Below are positions 51,937 through 64,000 of a stretch of 64,000 nt of DNA, piece by piece. The translations under genes and the position numbers were made by a program. Numbering within the stretch: position 1 is the first letter of the stretch; every line of letters starts with the position of its first letter. The DNA is taken from positions 398,542-462,541 of the forward strand of contig JAAOMT010000088.1 in NCBI GenBank assembly GCA_016748015.1, given 5' to 3'. This DNA comes from Geosiphon pyriformis uo1 (taxonomy: Eukaryota > Fungi > Glomeromycota). Under the pieces are notes generated by a model. The model saw nothing but the letters and a program-made list of their open reading frames with translations, ran no database searches and was not told where the DNA came from.

Positions 51937-54900
51937 ATGTATAGGTCGTTTATTTCTCAGCTTATATTATTTTTTGTTACCTCGCTGCTTTACTGGTCGG
52001 TCAGAGCTTATGAACCAAAGCGACGATCGTAAGTGAAAAGTACTCGCATTTATTTCAAAGTGACCAATCTCAATTTTTATTCTATTCTTAGGTATCACGC
52101 GTCGGTATTCGATGGAAAAAAGTGAGTATTTCGGCCAAAATATACATGAGTGAGTTTGATATTTCATATGTACTTAGCGAGCAATCAATAATTGTTTCCT
52201 TTAGACTTTACATTTTTGGTGGCAGGCTCCTCCAGCCTTCAATTAATAATGTAACGGCAGATAACAATGAGCTTTGGGCATTAAGAATCGACGGTTCATT
52301 CGATCCTATTTTAGCCCCTTGGGAACAAATCCCTAGCGTTGATGCACCTTATGTTGCCTACCAAACTGCTAATATCGGAGGTTCAAACTACGACCAAATA
52401 GTTGTTTATGGTGGTGAAGCACCTGATCCTCTTGTTGCAAATTCTTTGTTTTACTTTGACACCAAAGACACCAAATGGTCGAATCCTTCTTTCAAGTCTA
52501 CAACTCCATCACGAAGACAAAGTCATTCTGCTGTAACAATTTCCACCGATCATAAAATTTATATTTTCGGTGGAAGGATATTTCCCAGTGCCAACTCTCC
52601 TCCTTATGATGACTTTTTTAGTTTAGACACCATCTCCAATTCTTGGACTAAGCTTACGACTGGACCTACTGGAAGATATGACCATAGCGCAACGATATTA
52701 AGCGATGGAAAAATGTATGTCATTGGTGGTTTTGATGGTAATTCCATGATCGATATGAAAGAAATTAATATTTATGATATTAATAAAGCTACTTGGTCTA
52801 AACAGGTATTTATACATATTTTTTCAAATTCGTGTCAAAAACAAAGTTTTAATGCCCCGTGGAATTTAATCTAGATAGCGCAAGGAGACACTATTTTACC
52901 GCGCAGGCTTCATCGGGCTGTTGGTAAATATGTTAAATGTTCACGAGGGGAATTTTTGTCGATTTAATTTTTATTTCTTATCGATTTCATTTTAATGTAG
53001 CTAGTCAAAAAATAATAATCATATTTGGAGGCACAGATAAAAACTTTTCGGTTTATTATAACGAAGTAGTTGTCTTGGACACTAGCACCAACCCTTGTAC
53101 CTGGAAAAATCAGACGACCACTGGACCTTCCCCTTCTGGAAGATATGGCCATTCGATGACAATGGTTGGAGCTAATATTATAATCGCTTTCGGTAAATCA
53201 TTATTGAAATTTTTTGTCTAAATTAAATCTGTAAATATATTGATCTCATTCTCTTCATTTGATTTCTTTTTAAGGTAATTCGGTATGTGAATAGCAAAGG
53301 TTCAGAGTTAAATTTGGTAGAATTTTCTTTATTGTTGAAAACTTATATGGTTCTTAACATAAACCTTTACTCGAATTATTAGTCAAATGGGGATAAAGAC
53401 TCCAATCTCTTGATCTTGAATTCTGATGACTTTACATGGAGAACTCAATACACTCCAAATAAGCTTGAATTGACTCCGGATCTGAGTAGTAAGACCTCCG
53501 AACCTAGAGGAGAGCCTCCTTCCCCTACAGAAACTAATGTATATAACGACAGCAACAAAACTTCAACATCTCTCATAATTGGAGTAACTTTTGGTGGTAT
53601 TTTAATTCTTGCTACAGTGATAACAATTATTTTTATCGCTTTCAAAAAACATAAAAAAAGAAGAGACATTATCACTTCCCCATATGATAATCAAATCGCA
53701 TCTACCCCTCCTTTTACCATTCCCTATTCAAACAATATCGCTGTCGAATCTAATAACATTCCAACTACTTCGATGACTCATGCTAATCTATTTCCTCATG
53801 ACCCACCACCATTACCCGCACAATTTACATCACCAATTGGACGACCAAATCAAAATATAAGTTCTTCCCAAAACAGTTCTCAAACAGAAATTTTAGACAA
53901 TGCTGGAATTCAGCGTGAATTACACAATTCCAGACCCCAATATCAAAATTACACTTCGTTTACACCACAAGAAGGATTAGTTCAACGAGATTCTTTTATG
54001 ACTGAAACACCATCATCCATATATCCATACGATTCACGATTCTCACAAATATCTCAAACAAATATACCATCGATGGAGACAGATCCAGTTGTTGGATCAT
54101 TTATCACTCATCAACATCAATCACCAACTCTACCATCACACAGAACTCATTCGTTATTACTAGCCGATCAATTCACGCAGGCATTACCATCTTCAGGAGC
54201 ACCAGGACTACAAACACCTGATAGATCATCATCTTCCCATAGTTTTGGTGGTTCACGCTCAACAACTCCCGGCCCTAACATACAGGACTTTATTCAATCC
54301 CAACCTACTACTTTCTCTCATTCGCCCTCAACTAATACACCTATGGGCCCATCCCATACATATCTCCTACAACAACCATTCACATCTCCTTCTAGTCAAC
54401 AGGAAAATTGGCAGAGTAACCCAACTGGAATAATAAATCCTAATTTTCATCCTGGGTTGCGTTCAACTTCAATGGGATCAGATAGTTCACAAGGCTCTAG
54501 AACTAGTGTACCAATTATAGGATATCCTGGGGTTCATAATGTTCCTTCAATGCTTCCATCAATTCCATATGGGTATATTGATCCTAATAATAAGGGAAAA
54601 TATAATTTAATAAATAGTGGTGGCGATATCAATGGATATCAACACAATTCAAATATTTTTGGTCAGGAAGCAACTGGTCATAGAGAAGCTGGGTCAACAA
54701 TTGTTACCTATAATCATCCTTCTGAATTGGAAGCGCAAATGGATCCAGAGACTGCAATGAGGTAAATTTCGTTTTCCTATGGCTTATCTTGAACTAATCA
54801 AATGTCTTTGATTAAACGCTAAATATTCAAAAAATTTTAGGGATAGACAAATTCATATAACTACGTCACCACGTGGACCTCTGCGACTTACAAATCCTGA

Positions 54901-54937
54901 CGAATTTGTCGACGAAGAAAATGACACAACACCTTGA
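51937..54937 (+). CDS. Type-I membrane protein: signal peptide, kelch beta-propeller, TM and long Ser/Pro/Thr-rich cytoplasmic tail ending LRLTNPD
   Basis: ATG 51937 MYRSFISQLILFFVTSLLYWSVRA|YEP. Spliced kelch repeats (YHAS..LYIFGG, HSAV..IYIFGG, GRYDHSA..MYVIGG, GRYGHSM). TM LIIGVTFGGILILATVITIIFIAF followed by KKHKKRR. A final intron 54762-54840 gives last exon DRQIHITTSPRGPLRLTNPDEFVDEENDTTP*. Confidence 0.88.
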
Positions 54938-55396
54938 GCAACTTTTTCGTTAATGCCTGATATTTGCGATTATCACTCACAAATCACGAAATTAGAAACA
55001 AAAATTTCGAGGATACGAAAAGGAATTTTATAATTTGTCTTTGTATGATAGTGACATAATTTCCCGGAGCGGTTATTATTTGTATATGTACTTTAATGAA
55101 TAACTTTTTTGTACTATTATAATAGAGGAATTCTTTATTTATCAAACATCAAAAAATCATTCAATAAACTAGTATCAAGGTTGCTGGATATAGTTTATTT
55201 TTAAAGAGTTCTGATTGGCGCGAATTCCAGTTTGAACTCGGAATTTCCTTTGAAATTTAAACTTCCCAGGACATGTTTCACGATAGAAGGATCCTTTTTT
55301 GCAAGATGAATGATGCAAATTTTGATAAAACAGTCTTTGGGATGAAACGCAACTTTTTCTAGATATTCAAGAATTAAATTCATTCATCCTAGAAAC

Positions 55397-56175
55397 TCAA
55401 TAAAGGTATACTCCAAAAGCAACTGCGACACAAGTTAGAGATTCCTAAATTTTAATTTCCAAAGTTAAATGAGACATGGGTAAGGATTGAATATATTATG
55501 TTGCAAAAAAAGAGGAACTTACATTCGTAAACACTTCCCGGGCGAGATTATCAGTATCAGGATCCCAATAGCAGCTACATTCCATCCTTATGCCCCAAAT
55601 AGAAATTACACGGAAATCTTGAATATTTTGAGTTTTGCATGGTATATCACGCAACAGAAAATAAAAATAAGAAAAATCTTACCTGATTCCTTCGCCTTTA
55701 TTTTCCATAATTGTTACATTTACAATATACTTATACCGACTAAGTTCCATTTCTATTTATATAATAAATATCTTAAATCATGTTTTTTAGAAGCCAAAAT
55801 ATCCAGATCGAATGAAACCATAATACCAATTAATTTCTTTCGAATCTCGTCCGCGATTTCATGTGCCCATCCTGGAGCCTGATCTTTATCATAGGTGGCA
55901 TCCTTTAATCGGTCACTCAGTATTTGTTCAATTATTTCGTGGGCTCTTCGTGAGTTAAACCTAAGTGTATCAGATAAAAAGAATGTATTTTATTTGTATT
56001 TTAATTAGGTTAGTCAATTTTTGTTGATATAATTTTCCAAAGTATTCTTAAAACCTCAAAAATGGACCAACTTTACTCACTTATTTAAAAAACTTGGTCG
56101 AAGCGCAAATAAACCACCCACATCTTCTGAGGTACGCCGGCTATAGTCCAAATCGGTCAGGGATGATATTGACAT
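55397..56175 (-). CDS. Tctex-1 family dynein light chain, TCTEX1D2/DYNLT2B-like (136 aa, 5 exons; missed by the ORF track)
   Basis: Exons 56175-56081, 55960-55827, 55752-55683, 55586-55523 and 55444-55397 (411 nt, all GT-AG) give MSISSLTDLDYSRRTSEDVGGLFALRPSFLNKFNSRRAHEIIEQILSDRLKDATYDKDQAPGWAHEIADEIRKKLIEMELSRYKYIVNVTIMENKGEGIRMECSCYWDPDTDNLAREVFTNESLTCVAVAFGVYLY*. Tctex hallmarks: RYK.IV.V.I, WD.DTD, C...AFG.Y. Confidence 0.92.
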
Positions 56176-56461
56176 TTTCGCTTACTATGGAAGATGAAAA
56201 TTGCAGCGTGAGAAATTAGATTAATTACTTGGCTGACTTTTTATAGATACTGCATTCAACGATCAATCATTTAGCTTTATCGGTTGCGTAACAAAATAAT
56301 GGTCTGACCAATACCAAAAAACGTTATTTAGAAAAATATTTATTCACATCACAAAATTGTGACAAATTCTAGATTTGGACATCCAACCTTTTCTACATTT
56401 GGACATACATTCAGAAGCAAAAAGCTTCTTTTTATATAAAGATTGGAAAAGAAGTTAATTG

Positions 56462-58507
56462 CTATTCTCTTTTGTGTACTTTAACAAATAACGGATTCTT
56501 CATTGGAAGGGTAATTGATACGCCATAGGTAACTGGTTCTTCTGACGGAACCAGTTCAAACCGAAAGGATTTCATCATTGCTGTAATTAAAATTAGTGCC
56601 TCGACTGTTGCAAATTGTTGTCCAAGGCTGAATTAAACCAGAAAAATAAAAAATTAATAAAAACCACAAAGTTTTTGTTTATCATGTGAACATATACCAA
56701 CCATGCTCTCGGCCCGGCATTGAATGCAGGGAATTTGAAAGGACTTGGTCGTAGCACATCTTCATGTTCCAAAAAGCGTTCTGGCTTAAATTCAGTAGCG
56801 TCTGGACCCCAAATATTTTTATCTCTTCCCATTGCATATGAACTCCATGCTACTGTATCCCCGGCATAAATAGGAATACCTCCCGGCAACAAATCATCTT
56901 TTAGACATTCCTTAAATCAAAAAAAGTTTTTCAGAGTTCTTTAAAATTGATTCATTTAAGTTTTAAGTTCATGAACAAATTTACCTTGCCATTCCTAGGT
57001 ACAGCCGAATGAAGCCGTAATGTTTCTAACCATGTGGCATTAGTATATTTGAACGTGTTAATAGTGTCATAGGTAGCTAGGGAATCTTTTGAACTCAGCA
57101 TATTGTCGATTTCTTTGGAAAGTGAAACTTCGATATTTGGATGAATTAAGATATTGTATAACATCCAAGATAATGACTGTGTAATAAAACCATTCAAAAA
57201 TTTTCAATGAATATCATTATTAACCAGAATAGAAGGATTTAAATTAAATGATATTTCATACTTGAGCTGTCGTATCTCGCCCTATAAAGGAAAAAATAGG
57301 AAATGAAAACTTTTAAAGTGAAGGCAAAGCACTGTTTTTTAGTTTTAATACACTAACCTGCAATCATCAAATTCAAAAGGATATCTCGTAACTCTTTATC
57401 AGTTAGCGCTTGCCCATTTTCAAACTCAGAATGCATATATAAGCTCAACAAATCTGTTGATTTTGTCGCAGCATCAGAATTGATACGTCGCTTCTTGATA
57501 AGCTGATATGAGAAATCGTCAAGCATATCTCGAGCTTCACGGAATTTTCGACCTTGCTTTGTCAACTTTTCAGTCAAAGGCCAAAAATTATTAGCCACAC
57601 GGGACTCGAGAGCCGTTTGAGCATAATCAAAAGCGGCTGCAAACATATTTGGTTTTTCGGATTCACTCAAGGTTTCCAGCTCTTCGCTAAAGCAAATTCT
57701 TTTTTTTTTTTCCAAAAATCAAGTTAATAAATTAGGGATTTACTTCAATGGTCAAATTTTAGTCTCATTAATATTCATACTTGACAAATGTATCCATAGT
57801 GAACCGGTAGAAAAATGATTGTATGTCGATGCTTTCTCCACAAGCAGCAACCTTCGATAAAATTTTCAACGCATTCCGAGTCTCTTGTTCAAACACAACG
57901 CAGATAATGTCACGGAAATTTCTGGCTTGAAACAAGTGGCTTGTTATTTTTCGTTGGAATTTCCAATAGGGGCTTGAAATTTTTCAAATGACAGTAGGAG
58001 TTTTAACAAACAATGAATCACGTTAAACTAGTGGAAAAATAAGCAAAGACAATAAAAATACCCATTAACATTAAATATTCCATCCCCAAAGACGTCTTTG
58101 AAATTCTTGATATTTATTGATGCTTTAGGGTAATTAAGTTGATTTGTTTTCAAGATGTGTTCAAGGCCTTCCGGAGTATTTAAAAATATTACTCGACGAC
58201 CTGGGACTGTCACAGTGCTATTTGATACGAAAGAAAGAAATGAATGATTATAAAATTCTAATAATGACATCAACTGTAATGACATTTACAAATTGGGACC
58301 ATATTTCTCATTCAATTCATATATGGTATCATTGGCCCGTTCCCTATTACTAATTAAAAGTAAATTTCCAATAATGGGGTAACCTTTAGGCCCTTTCAGA
58401 TCTGGTCTTAGAGTAGTGCCAACACCTCTGTCGGGATATTTGACAACCAAATAAATGGTAAACAACAAGAGAAAAGTTAAAAAATAGAGGGCAATTTCAG
58501 TAAACAT
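56462..58507 (-). CDS. Cytochrome P450, CYP704/CYP86-like (fatty-acid/alkane hydroxylase-type)
   Basis: N-terminal anchor plus GPKGYPIIGNL, FGDGIFNVNG, I-helix IAGRDTTAQ (via a 20-nt micro-exon at ~57262-57281), ETLRL (ExxR), FKPERF, and heme motif FNAGPRA-C-LG with the Cys codon split by an intron. Stop at 56462. Confidence 0.93.
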
Positions 58508-61326
58508 GGTTCTATAAAGTTTTCAAGTAAGAAGATGCTTTCAAAAAGTTGGTCTTGTGAAATGTTCGTTTTTTATTGAAATTATGCTCAAGATGAAAGC
58601 ATTTTGATTCAGCCTTCCTCTTTATATTCTAGGGAATACCTTTACCTTAAATAGGTAACTAACTCTATGCATAAATTTTCATTTGTATAAAGAGATTGCA
58701 AATCGTTATTTAGCCTGACAAACCATGAATGGAAGAGATGAAAAATTCTGATTACGAAGGCTGTTTGCTGTATAGTGTTATCATTTTAGGATACTTTCAA
58801 ATACTATCAATTGATTACTGAAAGGAGCAAAGATTCGAATTTCATGCTATTATTCTGAGGGAACGAAAGAATTTAGTTCTTCAAAAAATCGCTATTGATG
58901 AAAAGCACTCAATTTGTAGAAGAGTTCAGCACAATAGGTTTGAGACTTTATGTTTAATGCACAATTTATCCAAAAAAAATTAGACTGCGGAAAAATATTA
59001 GCAAAAGGAATATTAAAAATTTGATGAGGGTTGAAAGAGTATATGAGTCAAAAAAATATTTAAATGAAATTTTTTTCAAAAAAATTATTTATTCGAAATA
59101 AAAAACGCTTCATTGGCATGGGAAATTAATACCCAAAACTGAAGCTTGCCTTTTGTTATCATTTTTAAAAATTTAGGTGAAACTATTTAAAATTCCTAAG
59201 ACCAAACCTTTTTCCATATCTCATTCGACTTCTGGGTGTCCAAACAAAATCTCTGAATTTCAGAAGTTCAAGTTTCCAATTAGTGACAAACTTGAAAATT
59301 TTCAGATTTCATCTAATAGATGTTGAAATTTTACTTTTCCTGAATTTCTGATTTTTATTTAAATCCGGATGCAAGGTTTCTTTTGAATCTTTCATTGAGA
59401 TTTTCATATTATTTTGAAGGCCTCAAAAGGTAAATTGAGGTGTGCTTGTATTATATTTTTTAACAATTGACTCTTTGACAAATGTATTTAATGTTAAACA
59501 TTGAATGTAAGAAAACAATAATTAAATAACTAGGATAAATCAGTAAATGACTTTGACTAATCTTATCAATAAATATTCACAGTTTATTAAGCCAATTATT
59601 TGTTGGTTAAAACATAGAACTATTTCTTTATATTTATTTCATTAAAGACCCATTTATCATTTTAAAAACATTATTTTTAAGATTAATTATCTTTAATTTA
59701 GCTTATTTTCTAAATCATATTATAATCTATAAACAATCCACTTTTTCAAACTCCTGCTCTCAATATTATTTTATGATAGATCTCAATTGATGATATTCTT
59801 TGAGAGAGTGAATTTATTTAAAACTAAACAACATCTATTTTCCCCAAAGCTCAAAAAATATCTGCTACTTTTTGGCATTTCAATTTTATTTTAACAAACT
59901 TGACTAGCTCGTATTATATATCTTATCCAAACTTTCATACCGGTTCTCTTGAAGACGCATAAGGTAATAGGGTTCCGTTTCATTTGAAATAATAATTCTT
60001 TGCATTTTGATCCAGCCAAAATTTATTCACAAGTAAGAAAATTTTTCTCACAAAAAAATCTCCATAAAAAAGCAATAAAACTCACGTTTTTTGATCAATA
60101 TGGATAAAACGTAGCCACAAAATTAAACACGCATAATTTCTTCAAATTGGGACGAGTATCAACGTAAAAGATTAACGTATTCATACTCGAAAGATATTTC
60201 TTTAATTATTGAATGGTGAGCTATGAAATAATTGTACTAATTTATTTTTTAAATTTGAATAAATGGAAACTGTTATTTTTCTCAAAGAAAGCTTATGCAG
60301 TTTTGACATTTGGAGAGCCTAGAATCCGAAATCGTATATATCAAGAGTGTCGATCCACAACAGATGAATGTGTACCTCCCATGCGATTGTAATCTCGATA
60401 AATTTATAATTTCATCGAAAACATTTATGTTGAAAAAACCTATATTTACTATCTTTGGGTAAAAATGTTTTTTGTATTTTGGATTTTAGCCGTGAAATTC
60501 CGATCAAATCACAAAATGATTTCGAGAGCTAAACTCCTCACATGTGCCCTTATTTTGGCCTGTGAGGTAAAATTTCTATAATTCAAAATTAGAAGCTAAT
60601 TATATGTACTTTAGGCTTTTTCTTGGGAAATGCTTAAATGTACCAAAGTGTTTATAAAAGGTTATTCTTGAAAAACCCAATTGTATTCGATCCATGAAAA
60701 TTTAGTATTGTTATTTTGCATGATGAAAAATATTTTTGGTCTGCTTTTAAACTTATTTTCAAGATTTTAAGAGTCTGTTTCTGTCACTGATGATAATAAT
60801 ATAAAGCAGGCTTATTAAAAGCTTGGTTTCTTTCGAGAAAAGTCTTTTTCTAATACATAGAAAATAGTTGTTTTTTTAATATTTTGAAAATGAAATTTTA
60901 TTAAAACCAATTAAAGAGATAAAATTTGGTATTATACATGCAATAGGAAAGATAAAAGTAAATTCAGGATCATACTGTTTCATTTTATTCACTGAATTTT
61001 TACTTTGCCCCAAAAGTCATTTGCAATAATTTTTATTACGATTTTATTTATTCCATAAGCAAAGAAATGCTACATCTATTTTTAAAAAAGTCGAAACCAG
61101 CAAGAGCCATCCCTTTTCAGAAAATTTAGATTCTAAAAATCTTTTACCATACTTTACACAAAAGCAAATACACGTATTCGGATTATCGACGAAAGCTAAT
61201 CTATGAAAAAAACATGAAGCGGGCTGAATAAACAGTTTGATGATTAAAGACAATATTATCATCAGTAAGGGTATATAATGCGTTAGCTTCAGGTTTTCTA
61301 ATCATTAAAAAGATAACTATTCAAAA

Positions 61327-63203
61327 ATGATCTTTAAACACACAATTCTGTTGATTTCTATCTTATTTTATAAAGAAATATTTGCATCATTCACTCCTGC
61401 TGCACGAAATTGGCATTTTGCAAATTTAGTTGGTCAAAGAATATACTTTGTAGGGGGGTTGTTAAAGAACAATAAAATTTCTGGTGACATTTTTTACTTA
61501 AATCTTTCAAAGTTCGTAAATTTCCGTTCTCCACGATTTTTTCCAACAGTCCCAAGCTATCCTGCCCCACTTCAAGGGATTTATTCAACAGCAGCAGTTT
61601 TATCATCAATAGATAAAGAAACAATATACTTTTTTGGAGGGGTTAGTTGGATTCGCTTTTGAGCCTGGTTATTTATGGTATTTTTATTTTTAACGGATCG
61701 TCACTCCCTTGGTTCTTCTCATGTCAGAACGCCAGTTTTTCCGATAAACTTGCTCGTACCATGACCACCATCTCAAAATTTCAACCAAAAGGTGTCAACA
61801 CACTGTATTCGCTATTACTCTCAAAATCCTCGGTACAGCAGCCGAAAATCTCGCTATTAAGTAACTCATCTAATGGCCCAACTCCCCGTCAAATGCTAAA
61901 TGCTGTAATTGACAAGAATGAAATCATTTATATATTTGGAGGACTTTATTCTCCCATTGACGATAATAATATGTACACTTTTGATAAAAGAAGTGCTAAA
62001 TGGTTGGTGATTGAATCAATAAGTAAGGAGGTGCAGCCTATTTATGGTTATACCGCAACCATGCTGGATAATGGAAAGATAATTTATTTGGGTGGAAAGA
62101 ATACTCGTGATAAGATCTTTAGGGATATGAATGAGGTAAATTTTCCCCACTAAGCTCGAAGCCATAAAGCATTCATAATTCGTGTCATTGAATTTGACTC
62201 TTTCTATTGAGGTTTTGGTTTTCGATTCATTAGAAGGAAAATGGCATATTCAGGTAAATTTTTTCCAGATTTATAATTTAACCGTTAACTCAACTTTCCC
62301 CGATTAGATACATTTTAATACTTAATTCACTAATATAGCGAGCTTTTTCGACCAAAAAAATTGCTCCACGTTTTGGACATACAGCTGTTTTAAGTGAGTT
62401 TGCGTTTGCATCAACTACTTTTTATTCATATATATATCTCTTTTCTTAAAATTTTATTCGCGGCAATAATAATAATTAGTAAAAGATGGGCGAGGTATCC
62501 TTGTATACGGAGGTCTTTTCAAAAAAGGTGACAAAAGGCAAATATTTTCATAAATGAGCTGTAAGAACATCTTATTTGAAACACATTTTTGTACTGACTC
62601 GAATTAATTTCTAGATCAGATAAAGATGATCTTTTATTATTAAATGCTGAAGAAATGAAATGGACTATTATATATACCGAGAATCATGGTCCATTACATA
62701 CTCCTGGCTCACACACAGCTACATTGTATAATGAATATCTGATAATAGCATTCGGTAAGTGAAAAAGAAATTTCATTTTTTCACTTCCTCCAAAATCAAA
62801 AAATTCCGATAATGCCCATTTGGTTTTAGGATGGAGAAATCGTCGCCAAAGCAATGAAATAAACGCACTTGATATCTCAAACGGAACTTATAAATGGGTG
62901 AACTCAATTATACCAGCAGAAAACATTCAAACACTACCATTCAATGTACCAGATGAAAAACGCGAAATGAAATTCCCACTGGTTGCAGCTATCATGGCCT
63001 GCCTTACTATCTTCACAATGTATATCATTTGGCAAGTAAATTTTAGAAAGCGAAAAGTTTCAAAGTCAAATGGTGGACCAAGAAGGATTAAAGGAAAAGC
63101 AAAAATAGATCATGGTGATCAGGAAGCACAAGTTTGCTCTCAACCTGATGAAAACGCTTCATCTCAACCCAGTTTTAAGAAAAACTCTAACACAGAGACC
63201 TGA
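61327..63203 (+). CDS. Secreted/type-I membrane kelch-repeat protein with a short cytoplasmic tail (multi-exon)
   Basis: Signal peptide MIFKHTILLISILFYKEIFA. Kelch motifs RIYFVGG, TIYFFGG, IIYIFGG, GYTATML..GKIIYLGG, RFGHTAV, ILVYGG, SHTATLY..IIAFG. TM FPLVAAIMACLTIFTMYIIW followed by RKRK. Stop at 63203. Confidence 0.87.
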
Positions 63204-64000
63204 TTGCTAAACAAAATTATGCAAAGGGGCGGAAATTGATTCGTAAATATCTTGGGCAATGGTTGAGTGCTATACATAAAAAATAAAATTTATATCTACG
63301 CGCTATTTTTAATCATGAATTATTGAAAAGAATAATTTATTTAGATTGATACTAAACCAAAAAGTAATCTGTACATTTTTTCGCTTTAAAAAAAATTCCA
63401 TATATATTATGAGAAGAAAAATTTTGCTCTCAAGTTCTTGTTATAAATTCAAAAGTGATTTGTGAAATTAAATAAACTGTTTTAAAGTTCAATCTTTTAT
63501 TAAATATTATATATCTCCATCAGATTGCAACACACGTCTTTAAACCATTTTATATTTCTGGCCATCTAATAGTCACGATATTAACCCCCATTAAAATCTC
63601 AGGAGTATAGTCAAAAAGAATAGAAATGTAGAAAGACAACAGCTAAAAGAGTATTTCCGCGTAACTTTACTCATATTTATGCGAGAGTTAGAGGCAAAAT
63701 TTCTACGCTTGGAACCCGACAGAGTTTAATCTTTTCATTTTACAAAAAAACCTAGTTTTTATTTTTTAACACTTAAATTTTATTTTAAAAAAACATAGCT
63801 GTTGCAACAAAAACTTTGAAAAAATACATAGAAAAAAACGAAAAGAAATAAAATAAAAATAGAAGTTAGGAAAACCTAACCAAAATACAAAAAAAGAAAA
63901 ATCTTAAGAGAAAAAATAATGTTAGCAGGAACTAAAAAAACTTGTCAAGTATAAAAATGAAGCTAAATTTTAATAAAAAAAACTCTAGGGATATTTATTT

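Noticed and set aside
55487-55882. 131-aa plus-strand ORF
   Set aside because: Antisense shadow of the spliced Tctex gene.

Overview
Very AT-rich, intron-rich eukaryotic (fungal) DNA with no prokaryotic features. The gene content (dual-transmitter hybrid histidine kinase, secreted kelch-TM proteins, GHGVGG-type class-3 lipase, LINE/pogo/Tc1 relics, long ultra-AT-rich blocks) points to Glomeromycota/Mucoromycota, possibly a Geosiphon-like genome; this is inference only. Hand-spliced genes: DPBB/expansin-like secreted protein (5718-6618), intronless NiCoT nickel permease (20610-21920, -), secreted Trp/Cys/His-rich prepropeptide (28577-29023) with a pseudogenised paralog (13389-13827) and an orphan copy of the paralog's upstream region (~9696-10305), Ser-less class-3 lipase (32233-33794), dual hybrid histidine kinase whose first H-box reads SQELRTPL (35833-42712, -), two kelch-TM surface proteins, a 5-exon TCTEX1D2/DYNLT2B-like dynein light chain absent from the ORF track (55397-56175, -), and a cytochrome P450 (56462-58507, -). 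The best candidates for new biology are the W/C-rich secreted peptide family with mirror-symmetric Cys spacing flanking the Ni transporter, the naturally His-to-Gln pseudo-transmitter kinase, the cilium-type dynein light chain in an apparently non-flagellated fungus, and a kelch receptor ending in a Wsc-type LRLTNPD motif. All alignments were done by eye; no databases were searched.
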